A DNA stretch of 64,000 nt from Candidatus Babeliales bacterium (GTDB lineage: Bacteria; Babelota; Babeliae; Babelales; JANWKD01), in contig OY969622.1 in the NCBI GenBank assembly GCA_963701665.1, forward strand, positions 1 through 64,000, read 5' to 3'. The position numbers and the translations under genes were made by a program. The notes beneath the pieces were generated by a model. The model made no database searches. It was not told where the DNA came from and worked only from the letters and a program-made list of their open reading frames with translations. Numbering within the stretch: the stretch's first letter is position 1; each line of letters begins with the position of its first letter. Shown in pieces: positions 10,430 through 20,294 of this stretch.

Positions 10430-12066
10430 TTACTTCGCTCATAAAAAATGTTCTTATACCCGAAAAATTTGGCAACTATTATTTACTCTCACAGCGCGTG
10501 ATTGGATTTGTAATTACAAAATCAGCGGTTCATGCAACACAACTTTTAATGCATGGCCGTGGCGTTACGTTCGAACGATTCTTCATGGAAGCAATCCCAA
10601 CTGATCCTACTATCGCGTTCGCTGATCGCGTAGCACTCGCTATTAAAACTATTCTTTCACAGGCCGATCGTTATGATGCCGTGCGTACGTCATTGCAAAG
10701 CTCCACTGCCATTTTTAAGAATTTAACATTACCATTTTTAGATCATGAAAAAATTAGCATGGTGCTCAATTATGAGATTGAGCCTTATTTGCCATTTCCA
10801 ACAACTGACGCGGTTATTGATTTTATTATCACTAAAAGTAACAAAGAACTAAAAAGCTCTGATGTGCTTGTTTGTGCCGTGCAAAAATCTCATATTGCTG
10901 AACATTTGAGCTATTTCAAGGCAGCGGGCATTACTCCCGACGCCATTACGATTGATCTTTTTGATGTGTACGGGTTCTATCGTTTACTGCCAAATTATAA
11001 AGATTTAAAAGGCACGGTTGCACTCGTTGATATTAGCTTTAATTTCACCAGCATCGCTTATTTGATTGATGGGCAATTGATGCTCTTGCGTACGTTGCCA
11101 AAAGGTATTACCTTTTGGGCAAAAACCATTGCGCAATCACTCACGCTAACACCACAAGATACGCTTGAAAAAATTATTCGTTTTGGTCTTGATAAAACGA
11201 GTGAAGAACAATACGGCAAAGCGATCACCGATACGGTTGGCGTATATTTACAAGATATCAAATTTACGCTCGATTCATTCGCCGCACAAACGCCCCAGCC
11301 AAAAGAATTACATAAAATTTTATTGCTCGGTGATGGTGCTGAGATACCGCATATCACAACATTCTTTACTGAACATCTTGGAACAAAGTGCGAAGAATTT
11401 GATACCAATGCTATTTTGAAAGTCCAGCATTACTCATTAAAAAAAGGCAAAAAGATTCCACAAACAGAAACCGTGTCATTGAGTACCGCATTAATAACGC
11501 CAATCATGAATCATTTCAATCTGCTCAAACAAGAATTTGCACCGACCCATGATACACTGTTTACTAAGCAAAGCATCACAGCATTGGTGTTGCTTGGGAC
11601 TATTTTTGTAAGTCTTGTCGGCGTGAATTTTATACGTGTTAGCCGACTCAACAAAGAAGTTACCGCGTCCGAACAGGAAGTGTTATCGACGCTTAAAAAA
11701 TTGGGGCTCAGTAATGCAAAATCATTATCAGTTGCCTTGCGAGAAGCTGAAGAAAAAGTTTCTGAAGAAGAAGCAATTTGGTTTGCTTTTTCGCAGCAAA
11801 CGCGCGTTTCATTCTTAAAATATTTGGAAAAATTAAGTGTTGCAATTGATAGAAAAGCGCTCGGATTGAAAATAACGAAATTTATAATCACCCAACAAGA
11901 ACCAAGTAGCCTTACCTTAGAAGGCGAAGTAAAAGATTTTGAAGCACTCAAAGTTCTTGAACGTGAGTTGAAAAATACTAATCTGTTCCTAACAATACCA
12001 AGTTTACAGACAACGAAATTTAACGTTCAAATGCCACTTAAGAAAAATAATGGGGTTGCGTCATGA
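10426..12066 (+). CDS. gspL: GspL/PilM-like actin-fold assembly-platform protein
   Basis: LTLPF...LNYEIEPYLPF...IDF, ALVDI, ILLLGDGAEI, then a TM and periplasmic domain; 4-bp overlap with gspD. Confidence 0.75.
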   Translation: MITSLIKNVLIPEKFGNYYLLSQRVIGFVITKSAVHATQLLMHGRGVTFERFFMEAIPTDPTIAFADRVALAIKTILSQADRYDAVRTSLQSSTAIFKNLTLPFLDHEKISMVLNYEIEPYLPFPTTDAVIDFIITKSNKELKSSDVLVCAVQKSHIAEHLSYFKAAGITPDAITIDLFDVYGFYRLLPNYKDLKGTVALVDISFNFTSIAYLIDGQLMLLRTLPKGITFWAKTIAQSLTLTPQDTLEKIIRFGLDKTSEEQYGKAITDTVGVYLQDIKFTLDSFAAQTPQPKELHKILLLGDGAEIPHITTFFTEHLGTKCEEFDTNAILKVQHYSLKKGKKIPQTETVSLSTALITPIMNHFNLLKQEFAPTHDTLFTKQSITALVLLGTIFVSLVGVNFIRVSRLNKEVTASEQEVLSTLKKLGLSNAKSLSVALREAEEKVSEEEAIWFAFSQQTRVSFLKYLEKLSVAIDRKALGLKITKFIITQQEPSSLTLEGEVKDFEALKVLERELKNTNLFLTIPSLQTTKFNVQMPLKKNNGVAS

Positions 12067-12638
12067 GTATGTTCACCTCACTAAAAAATTATATTGATGC
12101 GTGGGATCAAAAAGAGTTTAGAAATTATACTACGATCGCTTTTGGCATAGTATTATTACTGCTTGCTAGTATACTCTTTCTTTATTATAGAAATGTTTCG
12201 TATATTCGTTCACGAACAGCGGCAATCAACAAACAACGTTTAGCAGTACGCGAATTAGTAAGTCGCTATGATTTAGTGAAAAAGCAGCAAGTAGGTGTTG
12301 ATGCTATTTTAGCAAAAGAGAAAGATTTCAAGATTTCTCAATATTTTGAACAACTGCTGCAGAAGCTTGGCTTAACAGCAAATAAAACACAAGATGTTGA
12401 AACAATGTCGGAAGAAGTACTTGATGGGTACACTGAATGGACTTTATACGCACATTTAACCAATATGAATACAAAAAAAATGAGCGAATTACTGCACGCT
12501 ATAGAACTTGAAGAACGAATTTATACAAAGGAAGTTGAAGTTGAGCGATCAACAACAAATCCAAATGCTCTTAATGTAAAACTCACTATTGCAACCCTTG
12601 AACCAAAAGTAGAAGCTGCAAAGGAAACTGAAGGGTGA
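12063..12638 (+). CDS. GspM/PilO-like inner-membrane protein
   Basis: Single N-terminal TM, coiled coil and ferredoxin-like C-terminus; overlaps the gspL stop. Confidence 0.65.
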   Translation: MSMFTSLKNYIDAWDQKEFRNYTTIAFGIVLLLLASILFLYYRNVSYIRSRTAAINKQRLAVRELVSRYDLVKKQQVGVDAILAKEKDFKISQYFEQLLQKLGLTANKTQDVETMSEEVLDGYTEWTLYAHLTNMNTKKMSELLHAIELEERIYTKEVEVERSTTNPNALNVKLTIATLEPKVEAAKETEG

Positions 12639-12645
12639 GGTACGC

Positions 12646-15600
12646 ATGATAAAAAAAATGACGAACGTCATCCTGAGGCGCAAAGCGCCGTGGGGACCCA
12701 GAACTTTAGTAAATTCCTTAAAGGAACTAATTTTATCGGCTGGGTTGCCGCGCTTCGCTCGCAATGACAATTTTGTTTCCGATATTACCCCCGTTCGGCC
12801 AAGTTTTATGTATCGAATTTGCGTTAATTTAGTACTTCTTGTACTAATACCAAATGTCATTTGGTCAAAAGATCCTGAAGAGTCTACCGCCGTTAAAAAA
12901 GTTCTTGAACAAAAATTAAACCAACCGCTTGATCAAAAAGTTAGCCAACAACCTTCAAAAGATCAGAAGCAGGAAAAAGAACTGTATTCTTTTAATTATA
13001 AAGATACGCCACTTATCGATGTCATAAATGAATTTGCAGCAAAAAAGAAGATTAATATTATTTTGCCACAACCGCAGAGCCCTAATGCATTAACAACAAA
13101 AATTACGTACCAGTTGCCAAAAAAAGTTACGCTTAAGCAAGCATGGCGAGAAGTAACCAAAATTCTTTCTTTCCTTGGCTATACTTGGGTTCCCTATGAA
13201 GACTTTCTCGTTCTCAGCAAAATTTCAAATGATTTGAAGCGTGAACCACTTACCGTCTACAAAAATCCTGCCATTGAAGATTTGCCCAATGATGGCACGG
13301 TTGTGCAGGCTATATTTTATCTTGCGAACTTAAAATTAAATAATGATTCAACACGCGCTAATATTGAAGCAATTTTGAAATCTATGTTATCGCCAACAGC
13401 TGATATCAAGCGTGATGAAAAAACAAATGCACTTATTATCACTGATAAATCAGATAATATTCGTGCGGCCATGATCATTATTAAAGAGCTTGATTTAGAA
13501 GGCGTGCCTGATGCTATTGAAGTCATCCCGCTGTATTATACCGAAGCTGCATTTGTCGAAGATTTATTCAAAAATAAACTGTTATTAGCAACGCCAAGCC
13601 CAATACCAACACGAGAAACATTAAAACAAGTTTCCTATTTTCCTCCTAACACAAAAGTCTTAGCCCTCGGCAGAACAAATGCGATCGTTATTATGGGATC
13701 GTTGAAGGCAATTCGCGTCGTAAAGGATTTCATTGAAAAATATATTGACCGTCCGCTTGAAAGCGGCGAATCAATCTTACACCTTTACGATTTACAATAT
13801 TTAAATGCAGAAGATTTTCAACCGATTTTACAAGATCTTGTTAATAAATCAGTTACTGGGCAAGCGCAAACGCAAGGTCAAACAATCGGCCCTCAACGTG
13901 ATTTCCAAGATGTAATTATTGTTGCCGAAAAATCTACCCTCAAAATCGCCTCACCAAAAAAGAGTGAAGCAACGCAAATAGCACCAAGCGAAGCACCAAC
14001 ATCCGTTAGCGCTAGCGTTTCGATCAGCGGCGAAACACAAGGTATTGAACAAGCAGGTAACAGACTTATTGTAGCAGCCCGCAAACAGGATTGGCTCCGC
14101 ATTAAAGCACTCATTGATGATTTGGATAAACCGCAACCACAGGTTGCCATCGAAGTTTTAGTGGTGGATCTTACCCTCAACAATGATAAAATTTTGGGCA
14201 GCCAAATGAGAAACAAAGGAAGTCTCCACGATTCAATTTCCCCAAATGTTGATTTCCAAACTGCTATGATTGATAGTCCTGTGCTCAAAATGTCCACTGG
14301 CGACATCAATACGGCAAATGGCACCACCATACCCGTATATCCTAATAATGCACTGATGGCCAACTTGCTTGCCATACAAAATGGCAATAACGGAAACTTC
14401 AGCCTTGCAACTGAAGGCGGTATTGGCTCAATGGTTATATCATTTAATGATCCGGATAATAGTGGCATTTGGAATGTCTGGCAGATTCTTGATGCCTACA
14501 CAAATAGTACCTTAATTGCACAGCCGTTCATTACAACTGCCGATAACAGACAAGCTTCGATCACTATTGCAGAACAACGTTTGGTCGATGGTGATGCGGT
14601 AAGTCAGGTCGGCGGTATTAAGGTGCAAAAAGATGACGTCGTTGCGGCGACCTCGATTGATATTTTGCCACGCATCAGTGTTGATAATAACAATATTAAT
14701 CTCAATATCATCGTAAAAGTTGAACAATTTGAGCCAGAAAATAATAACCGCGCAACACGATTAGTACAAACCAATGCTAATGTCGGTAATGGCGAAGTGT
14801 TAGCACTTGGCGGTTTGATTAGCTTGAATGATACTATTAGCAACAACGAAACGCCGTTGCTTGCTAAAATACCTATTCTTGGCTGGTTCTTTAAGCGAAA
14901 AGAAAAGAATAAGACAAAAAATAATCTTATGATTTTTATTTCACCACGTATTATGTACCCTCGAGTAAAAGGTGGCGTGGGCGCGTATACCAAAGATAAA
15001 TTGTGTTATGCAAAAAATGAACTTACTGAAGAACTTGCTTTTGAAACCTTGCGCGATCCCGTTACACGTTGGTTCTTCAAACCAAATTACTCATATGCTG
15101 ATACCGTTGTTAGTAACTTAGTAAATCATGAAATGAAGGATGAATGGCATACTCCCGCTGAATATCCTAGCGCTGTTCACGGTCAACATTGCAGCGACAA
15201 ACGTGATATGTGTGATGGCCCTAGCTATTGCAATTCTTGCCCACAAAAAAGCGAATGTAACACATCCCAAACGAGTGTTATCGGTAGCGATGAGGAGGGG
15301 CAAGACGAGTGTTCTCCATTACCAGGCGAGCGCGAATTTACTTATGAAGATTATGAACAAGCGCAGCCGAACAATATCGTTATAAAAACGAGCGCTAACC
15401 GTGATTACCAAGACTATGAAAAAGCAGCGCCAGCTCCCGAAAAGCCTGCGGCACTCGCACAACAGCCTCAAACACGCGAAGATGCCCTGAAAAAATTATT
15501 ACAGGAACAAGATGAAGATGAACAAGACGAGGTTTCTTCACTGCCAGGTACGCGCCAACCTACTTACGAAGATTATGAACGCGCGCAACCACAAAACACT

Positions 15601-15771
15601 ATTGTGAAAACGAGCGTTCAACGTGATTATGAAGACTATGAAAATGCGACTCCAGCTCCCGAAAAGCCTGCGGCACTCGCACAACAGCCTCAAACACGCG
15701 AAGATGCCCTGAAAAATTTATTGAACGACGAGGAAGAAAATCCCTTTAAACCTCAAGCAACAACCCCGTAA
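12646..15771 (+). CDS. gspD: Secretin (GspD-like) 2 with in-frame palindromic insertion and duplicated C-terminal tail
   Basis: LDKPQPQVAIEV, TPLLAKIPILGWFFK, LMIFISPRI; shares the SKDPEE mature start with secretin 1. Alternative ATG at 12808. Confidence 0.88.
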   Translation: MIKKMTNVILRRKAPWGPRTLVNSLKELILSAGLPRFARNDNFVSDITPVRPSFMYRICVNLVLLVLIPNVIWSKDPEESTAVKKVLEQKLNQPLDQKVSQQPSKDQKQEKELYSFNYKDTPLIDVINEFAAKKKINIILPQPQSPNALTTKITYQLPKKVTLKQAWREVTKILSFLGYTWVPYEDFLVLSKISNDLKREPLTVYKNPAIEDLPNDGTVVQAIFYLANLKLNNDSTRANIEAILKSMLSPTADIKRDEKTNALIITDKSDNIRAAMIIIKELDLEGVPDAIEVIPLYYTEAAFVEDLFKNKLLLATPSPIPTRETLKQVSYFPPNTKVLALGRTNAIVIMGSLKAIRVVKDFIEKYIDRPLESGESILHLYDLQYLNAEDFQPILQDLVNKSVTGQAQTQGQTIGPQRDFQDVIIVAEKSTLKIASPKKSEATQIAPSEAPTSVSASVSISGETQGIEQAGNRLIVAARKQDWLRIKALIDDLDKPQPQVAIEVLVVDLTLNNDKILGSQMRNKGSLHDSISPNVDFQTAMIDSPVLKMSTGDINTANGTTIPVYPNNALMANLLAIQNGNNGNFSLATEGGIGSMVISFNDPDNSGIWNVWQILDAYTNSTLIAQPFITTADNRQASITIAEQRLVDGDAVSQVGGIKVQKDDVVAATSIDILPRISVDNNNINLNIIVKVEQFEPENNNRATRLVQTNANVGNGEVLALGGLISLNDTISNNETPLLAKIPILGWFFKRKEKNKTKNNLMIFISPRIMYPRVKGGVGAYTKDKLCYAKNELTEELAFETLRDPVTRWFFKPNYSYADTVVSNLVNHEMKDEWHTPAEYPSAVHGQHCSDKRDMCDGPSYCNSCPQKSECNTSQTSVIGSDEEGQDECSPLPGEREFTYEDYEQAQPNNIVIKTSANRDYQDYEKAAPAPEKPAALAQQPQTREDALKKLLQEQDEDEQDEVSSLPGTRQPTYEDYERAQPQNTIVKTSVQRDYEDYENATPAPEKPAALAQQPQTREDALKNLLNDEEENPFKPQATTP
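12667..12768. repeat. RPE/REPIN-like palindromic element (102 bp, in frame in secretin 2)
   Basis: GTCATCCTGAG...AATTCCTTAAAGGAA...CTCGCAATGAC; same ends and core as the other copies. Confidence 0.9.
15300..15740 (+). repeat. Intragenic tandem duplication, 222-nt (74-aa) period
   Basis: The ...PAPEKPAALAQQPQTREDALK unit occurs twice; about 65 nt are identical at 15430 and 15652. Confidence 0.9.
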
Positions 15772-17002
15772 TTAATTGATCTTCAATGCGCAAAAGACGA
15801 TTATATTTTGCCATGCGCTCGCCGCGAGAACAACTTCCGGCTTTGATCTGCCCTGCACTTGTACCCACCGTAAGATCGGCTATAAAAGAATCGTTAGTTT
15901 CCCCTGAACGATGAGAAACAATTGTAGCCATACCATGTTCTTGGCACGCTTGAATTGCTTCCAATGTTTCAGTCACAGTGCCAATTTGATTTGGTTTTAT
16001 GATTGCGCCATTTGCCGCGTGTGTTTTTACACCATGCAAAATGCGCGAGCGCGAAGTAACAAAAAGATCATCGCCAATAATTTGTATTGTTTGACCGAGC
16101 GTACGATTGAGCGTCATCCAACCATCCCAATCATCTTGCGCTAAACCATCCTCAATAGAATATATTGGATAATAGTTCAATAACTCTTGATACAAACGAA
16201 TCACCTGCTCAGAAGTATATTCTTTATCATGCCATCGATATATTCTTTGTTCAGCATCATAAAATTCTGAAGCAGCAACATCGAGTGCAATTTTGAACAT
16301 ATCACGATCGCCAACAGCATCAATTGCGCTCAACAAAAAATCGAGTGCTTCAACATCATGTTCAAAATCGGGTGCAAAACCGCCCTCGTCTCCAACACAC
16401 ACGCGTTTTCCTGCATCACGCAATAACTTTTTAAGCGCGTGGAATACTAACGTTGCTTGCTCAAACGCGTGCCGAAAATTTTTAGCACCGAGCGGAGCAA
16501 CCATGAATTCTTGAATGCGCAAATTGTTATCCGCGTGCACGCCACCATTAATCATATTAAATAATGGAATGGGCAACATAACCGATTCAGCACTATAAAG
16601 ATGTGCAATACATTCATATAATTCAAGACGCTCGACATACGCTTGCGCGCGCAAAACGGCCATGCTCACGGCAAGTAACGTATTAGCACCAAGGCGAGAT
16701 TTATCGGGCGTACAATCAAGATCAATCATATAGCGATCCATGGTTAACACTTGCGGTATGTTGCCGATAAGTGCTGGGCTAATGACATGTTCTATAATAT
16801 CGATCGGTTTTAATAATCCTTTACCCCGCAACCGTTCTGGATCTCCATCGCGCAACTCAACTGCTTCATGAATACCGCGCGACGCCCCACTTGGCACCGA
16901 TGCACGCACCCTGTGACCATCGCTAAGTGTTATCTCACATTCAAGGGCAGGTATTGCGCGCGAATCAAAAATCTCTCTCCCTTGTATTTTTATAATTTTC
17001 AT
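15746..17002 (-). CDS. eno: Enolase
   Basis: VPSGAS, GDEGGFAP, DVAASEF, GDDLFVT, KPNQIG, SHRSGET, ER.AKYN. Confidence 0.97.
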   Translation of the reverse strand: MKIIKIQGREIFDSRAIPALECEITLSDGHRVRASVPSGASRGIHEAVELRDGDPERLRGKGLLKPIDIIEHVISPALIGNIPQVLTMDRYMIDLDCTPDKSRLGANTLLAVSMAVLRAQAYVERLELYECIAHLYSAESVMLPIPLFNMINGGVHADNNLRIQEFMVAPLGAKNFRHAFEQATLVFHALKKLLRDAGKRVCVGDEGGFAPDFEHDVEALDFLLSAIDAVGDRDMFKIALDVAASEFYDAEQRIYRWHDKEYTSEQVIRLYQELLNYYPIYSIEDGLAQDDWDGWMTLNRTLGQTIQIIGDDLFVTSRSRILHGVKTHAANGAIIKPNQIGTVTETLEAIQACQEHGMATIVSHRSGETNDSFIADLTVGTSAGQIKAGSCSRGERMAKYNRLLRIEDQLITGLLLEV

Positions 17003-17140
17003 AGATAATCCTTTATTACGCTATCTTATTTTATTGAAGATACACTTTTTTTTGAGTAAAAAGCTAAGAAACATAAAAATTATAGAATAATCCTCTCTAA
17101 ATTCAGTAACAACAATAATGGATCATAAAAAAGGATACCT

Positions 17141-17692
17141 ATGATAAAAAAAACTCGCTCCATAATTAGCATAAGTTTTTTTTTGCTGTTACTCACCTGC
17201 TCAGGGATGGAAAAAGGGCACATCTCTTTCAAAGACGGTATACTATCTCCACTTGATAACATTAATAACAAATATATTGTTTTATCAAAGGGACAGCGAT
17301 TAAATAAAACCACAAAGCCTATTAAATATGCAAATCTCAATAAACCAAGAGAAAAACAATTAAAATCTGAAAATAAAGAGAATAATTCTTTACCTCTCAA
17401 AAGCTATATACTATTAATTCTTGATAAAATTGATGAAAATAATAACCACATTTTATCAAACGGCTATAGACTAAATGAAACTGAGGATCTTGTTAAATAC
17501 GCAGATCTTAATCATCAAAGAAAAAAAGAATTAGCATCTGAAGAAGAGAACTGCAATCCCTTGACCGTTCCTGCATTAATAATGCTTAACAAGTGCATGC
17601 GTGAAGAATTAAGCAAACATCTTCCCCCTAAGAATAAACATGTCGTCATTCATCAAAGGTTGCTAGAAATATTAGAATCATTAAAAAAATAA
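17141..17692 (+). CDS. Secreted hypothetical protein with an internal ~55-aa duplication
   Basis: Signal peptide ending in GME; LSKGQRLNKT..PIKYANLN repeated as LSNGYRLNET..LVKYADLN. Confidence 0.6.
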   Translation: MIKKTRSIISISFFLLLLTCSGMEKGHISFKDGILSPLDNINNKYIVLSKGQRLNKTTKPIKYANLNKPREKQLKSENKENNSLPLKSYILLILDKIDENNNHILSNGYRLNETEDLVKYADLNHQRKKELASEEENCNPLTVPALIMLNKCMREELSKHLPPKNKHVVIHQRLLEILESLKK

Positions 17693-17801
17693 CCATCTTA
17701 AATATACATTTTCTATATTATTGACATTCTGCAATAAAATCTCACATCCTTATTCTATAAAGGAATATACACAAAAACTTGTGTAACAATAGGGTTGGGA
17801 T

Positions 17802-19130
17802 ATGAATAAAATCATTATTTTCTTATTTTTGGCGGGTACGTTTTCTATCTTTGCCATGGAAGAACGACCACCAAAGCGAAAAATATCAGAAATTTCTGAG
17901 GCGCCTGAAAAAGAGAAAGAAAAAGAACATCCAGAACAATGTTCTTTACCAAGCAAGCAGACAAAAACTGAGCAAGCTCCCTATTACGGAACAAAACTAC
18001 ATAGTGTCCGTTCCCCAAAAAAAATAGAAAAGTTTTTAAGACTGGCCATTAATCCAAATACATTCGATCGTGCAGGAAGAACCGCGATAAATGCACTCAT
18101 TGATAAAGGTTATTTGGATGCTGCACTTCGTTTGGCTACTATTGAAGGAAATAACCTTGATGTGAATACACCTGACAACTATGGCATATCGCCTTTATGT
18201 CGCGCAATAAAGCGTCAAGATTTAAAACTTTCAAGGCTCATTCTTACAATCTTGAAAGCTCAGCGTAAAGCGGATGCTCCAGCAAGAGGAACCCGTTGTT
18301 CTGCTCTAAGATTAGCCATTGAATTTCTGCCAGATTTTGTTTATGAATTAGCAACAATTGATGTTCTTGAACTAAAGAGGTTTACTCAAAATCTTACCCC
18401 ATTAATGTTTGCAATAAAAGTTAATAAATATGCGGTACCGCCTCTTCTTTTAGCAGGGGCAAACCCAGATACTCATGACAATAAAGACAATACTGCTCTT
18501 ATGTATGCAGCACGATATAATCCGGATATAATCCCACTCCTCCATAAACTGCAAGTGAATATGAATAGTCAAAATGATTATGGTATGACTGCGCTTTTGT
18601 TTGCCATAAGGGACAATAGAGACGCTATACAACCTCTTATAGATACTGGCGCTGTAGATCTAAATCTCCAAAATAATAAAGGATACACGCCCCTTACGTT
18701 TGCTGTTCAATTTAGACCAGACATAATTGAGATTCTTATTGATGCCGGCGCAGATCCCAATCAGAAAAGTGATAAGGACGTTACTCCTCTCATGATCGCA
18801 GCACGAGAGCAACCAGCTGCAATACCAATTCTCCATAAGCGCGGTGCAAATTTAAATGCTCAAACTGATAAGGGAACTACGCCCCTCATGTTAGCAGTGC
18901 TCTACAACAAAGATTCAGTTCAACCGCTTATTAGTGCCGGTGCAAATGTAAATCTTCCAAACAAAGAAGGTATTACTGCCTTGTATTATGCCATTAAGAG
19001 AAATCAACCAGAAATAGTAAAAATGTTATTAGATGCAAAAGCAAAGGTTACTGAAAAAGAGGTCGATGCAGCTAAGGATAACGTTAAGATACAAAAATTA
19101 CTTAGTGCGTATGCGGAGGATAAAACATGA
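17802..19130 (+). CDS. Signal-peptide ankyrin-repeat protein
   Basis: FAMEE cleavage motif; multiple G.TPLM.A / GA.PN repeats. Confidence 0.92.
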   Translation: MNKIIIFLFLAGTFSIFAMEERPPKRKISEISEAPEKEKEKEHPEQCSLPSKQTKTEQAPYYGTKLHSVRSPKKIEKFLRLAINPNTFDRAGRTAINALIDKGYLDAALRLATIEGNNLDVNTPDNYGISPLCRAIKRQDLKLSRLILTILKAQRKADAPARGTRCSALRLAIEFLPDFVYELATIDVLELKRFTQNLTPLMFAIKVNKYAVPPLLLAGANPDTHDNKDNTALMYAARYNPDIIPLLHKLQVNMNSQNDYGMTALLFAIRDNRDAIQPLIDTGAVDLNLQNNKGYTPLTFAVQFRPDIIEILIDAGADPNQKSDKDVTPLMIAAREQPAAIPILHKRGANLNAQTDKGTTPLMLAVLYNKDSVQPLISAGANVNLPNKEGITALYYAIKRNQPEIVKMLLDAKAKVTEKEVDAAKDNVKIQKLLSAYAEDKT

Positions 19131-20278
19131 AAAAGATAATAATTCTGTTTTTAATGCCTGTTTTCTCCACATTTGCTATGGAAGAAGAGCAACCATTGTC
19201 AAAATATACAAAAGAAGAAGTTGAAGAAGAAGTAGTAGAGCCTAAACAAGCTAGCCCATTATCACTACGAGAACTATCAAAGAAAAAATTTATCGAAGTA
19301 GTACCGGTGCTTGAAAATTTGCCAGAACTATTGGAATCCATCCCAGCAGAAGAGGTACAACAGGAGATAAAATTGCATTTTCAGAAACCATTATCATATG
19401 AAGAAACACAACTCCATAATGCTCGTTCTGAAAAAGAGGTTGAAAACCTCTTAACATTAGGGTTAGATCCTAATATTAAAGACCGGGATGAAAGAACTGC
19501 GGTTAATGCGCTCATAAATAAGGATAGACTTAAGGAAGCTGCACATTTAATTGCGCTTAAAAGTAAAGAAGAAAGCGCTCTTAAAGAAAAAAAATCTGAA
19601 AAAGAAACTGAAGAAAGCCTTGCGCAAAAAGAGCTTGAAAGAAAGCCTCTCGATATAAGCTCTCCGGATATATATGGCGTTACACCCTTACAAAGAGCCA
19701 TACAAACCGGAAATTTAGAACTTGTTAATGAAATAATTAACCTACTGCGTCAACAAAATAAATTTGATGAACAGACAATTACAACACAAAATAAGGCAAA
19801 GGAATCAGCTTTTTCGATGGCTTCGCGTTATTTACCAGATTTATTGCCAGACTTTTTAGCATTACTAACAAAGCTTAATATACCTATTCTCAATAAGCTT
19901 ACTCCTTTAACATTTGCTGCATTTGATCGTCCAGAGTTAGTCGAATTATTACTTAAAGCACACGCCGATCCTGATTTTCAAAACGAGTCTGGGGACACGC
20001 CTTTAACACTCGCTGTGCACCAAAGTAATAAAGATATTGTTCAACTTCTACTGGATGCCAAAGCAGATGTAAACCTTCCAAATAACAAGGGATTAACGCC
20101 TCTCATATTGGCCGTAGAAAAAAAAGATCCTGCAATGGTGCAACTATTATTACAATATGGTGCCAACCCGAATATACAAAATCCAACTACAAAGCTTACT
20201 GCCGTAAAAATGGCTATGCGAAATAATCAAAACGCAATATTACAAATGCTATTAAAGGCTGGTGGCAACATATACTAA
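19127..20278 (+). CDS. Signal-peptide ankyrin-repeat protein
   Basis: FAMEE; GDTPLTLAV and GLTPLILAV repeats. Confidence 0.92.
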   Translation: MKKIIILFLMPVFSTFAMEEEQPLSKYTKEEVEEEVVEPKQASPLSLRELSKKKFIEVVPVLENLPELLESIPAEEVQQEIKLHFQKPLSYEETQLHNARSEKEVENLLTLGLDPNIKDRDERTAVNALINKDRLKEAAHLIALKSKEESALKEKKSEKETEESLAQKELERKPLDISSPDIYGVTPLQRAIQTGNLELVNEIINLLRQQNKFDEQTITTQNKAKESAFSMASRYLPDLLPDFLALLTKLNIPILNKLTPLTFAAFDRPELVELLLKAHADPDFQNESGDTPLTLAVHQSNKDIVQLLLDAKADVNLPNNKGLTPLILAVEKKDPAMVQLLLQYGANPNIQNPTTKLTAVKMAMRNNQNAILQMLLKAGGNIY

Positions 20279-20294
20279 TGGGGAAATAAAAAAC

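Noticed and set aside
8069..16514. Many 60-190-aa antisense or alternate-frame ORFs inside gspD, gspL and eno (and likewise in aspS, infB, gatB and the ABC genes)
   Set aside because: Shadow ORFs of well-supported genes with no independent evidence.
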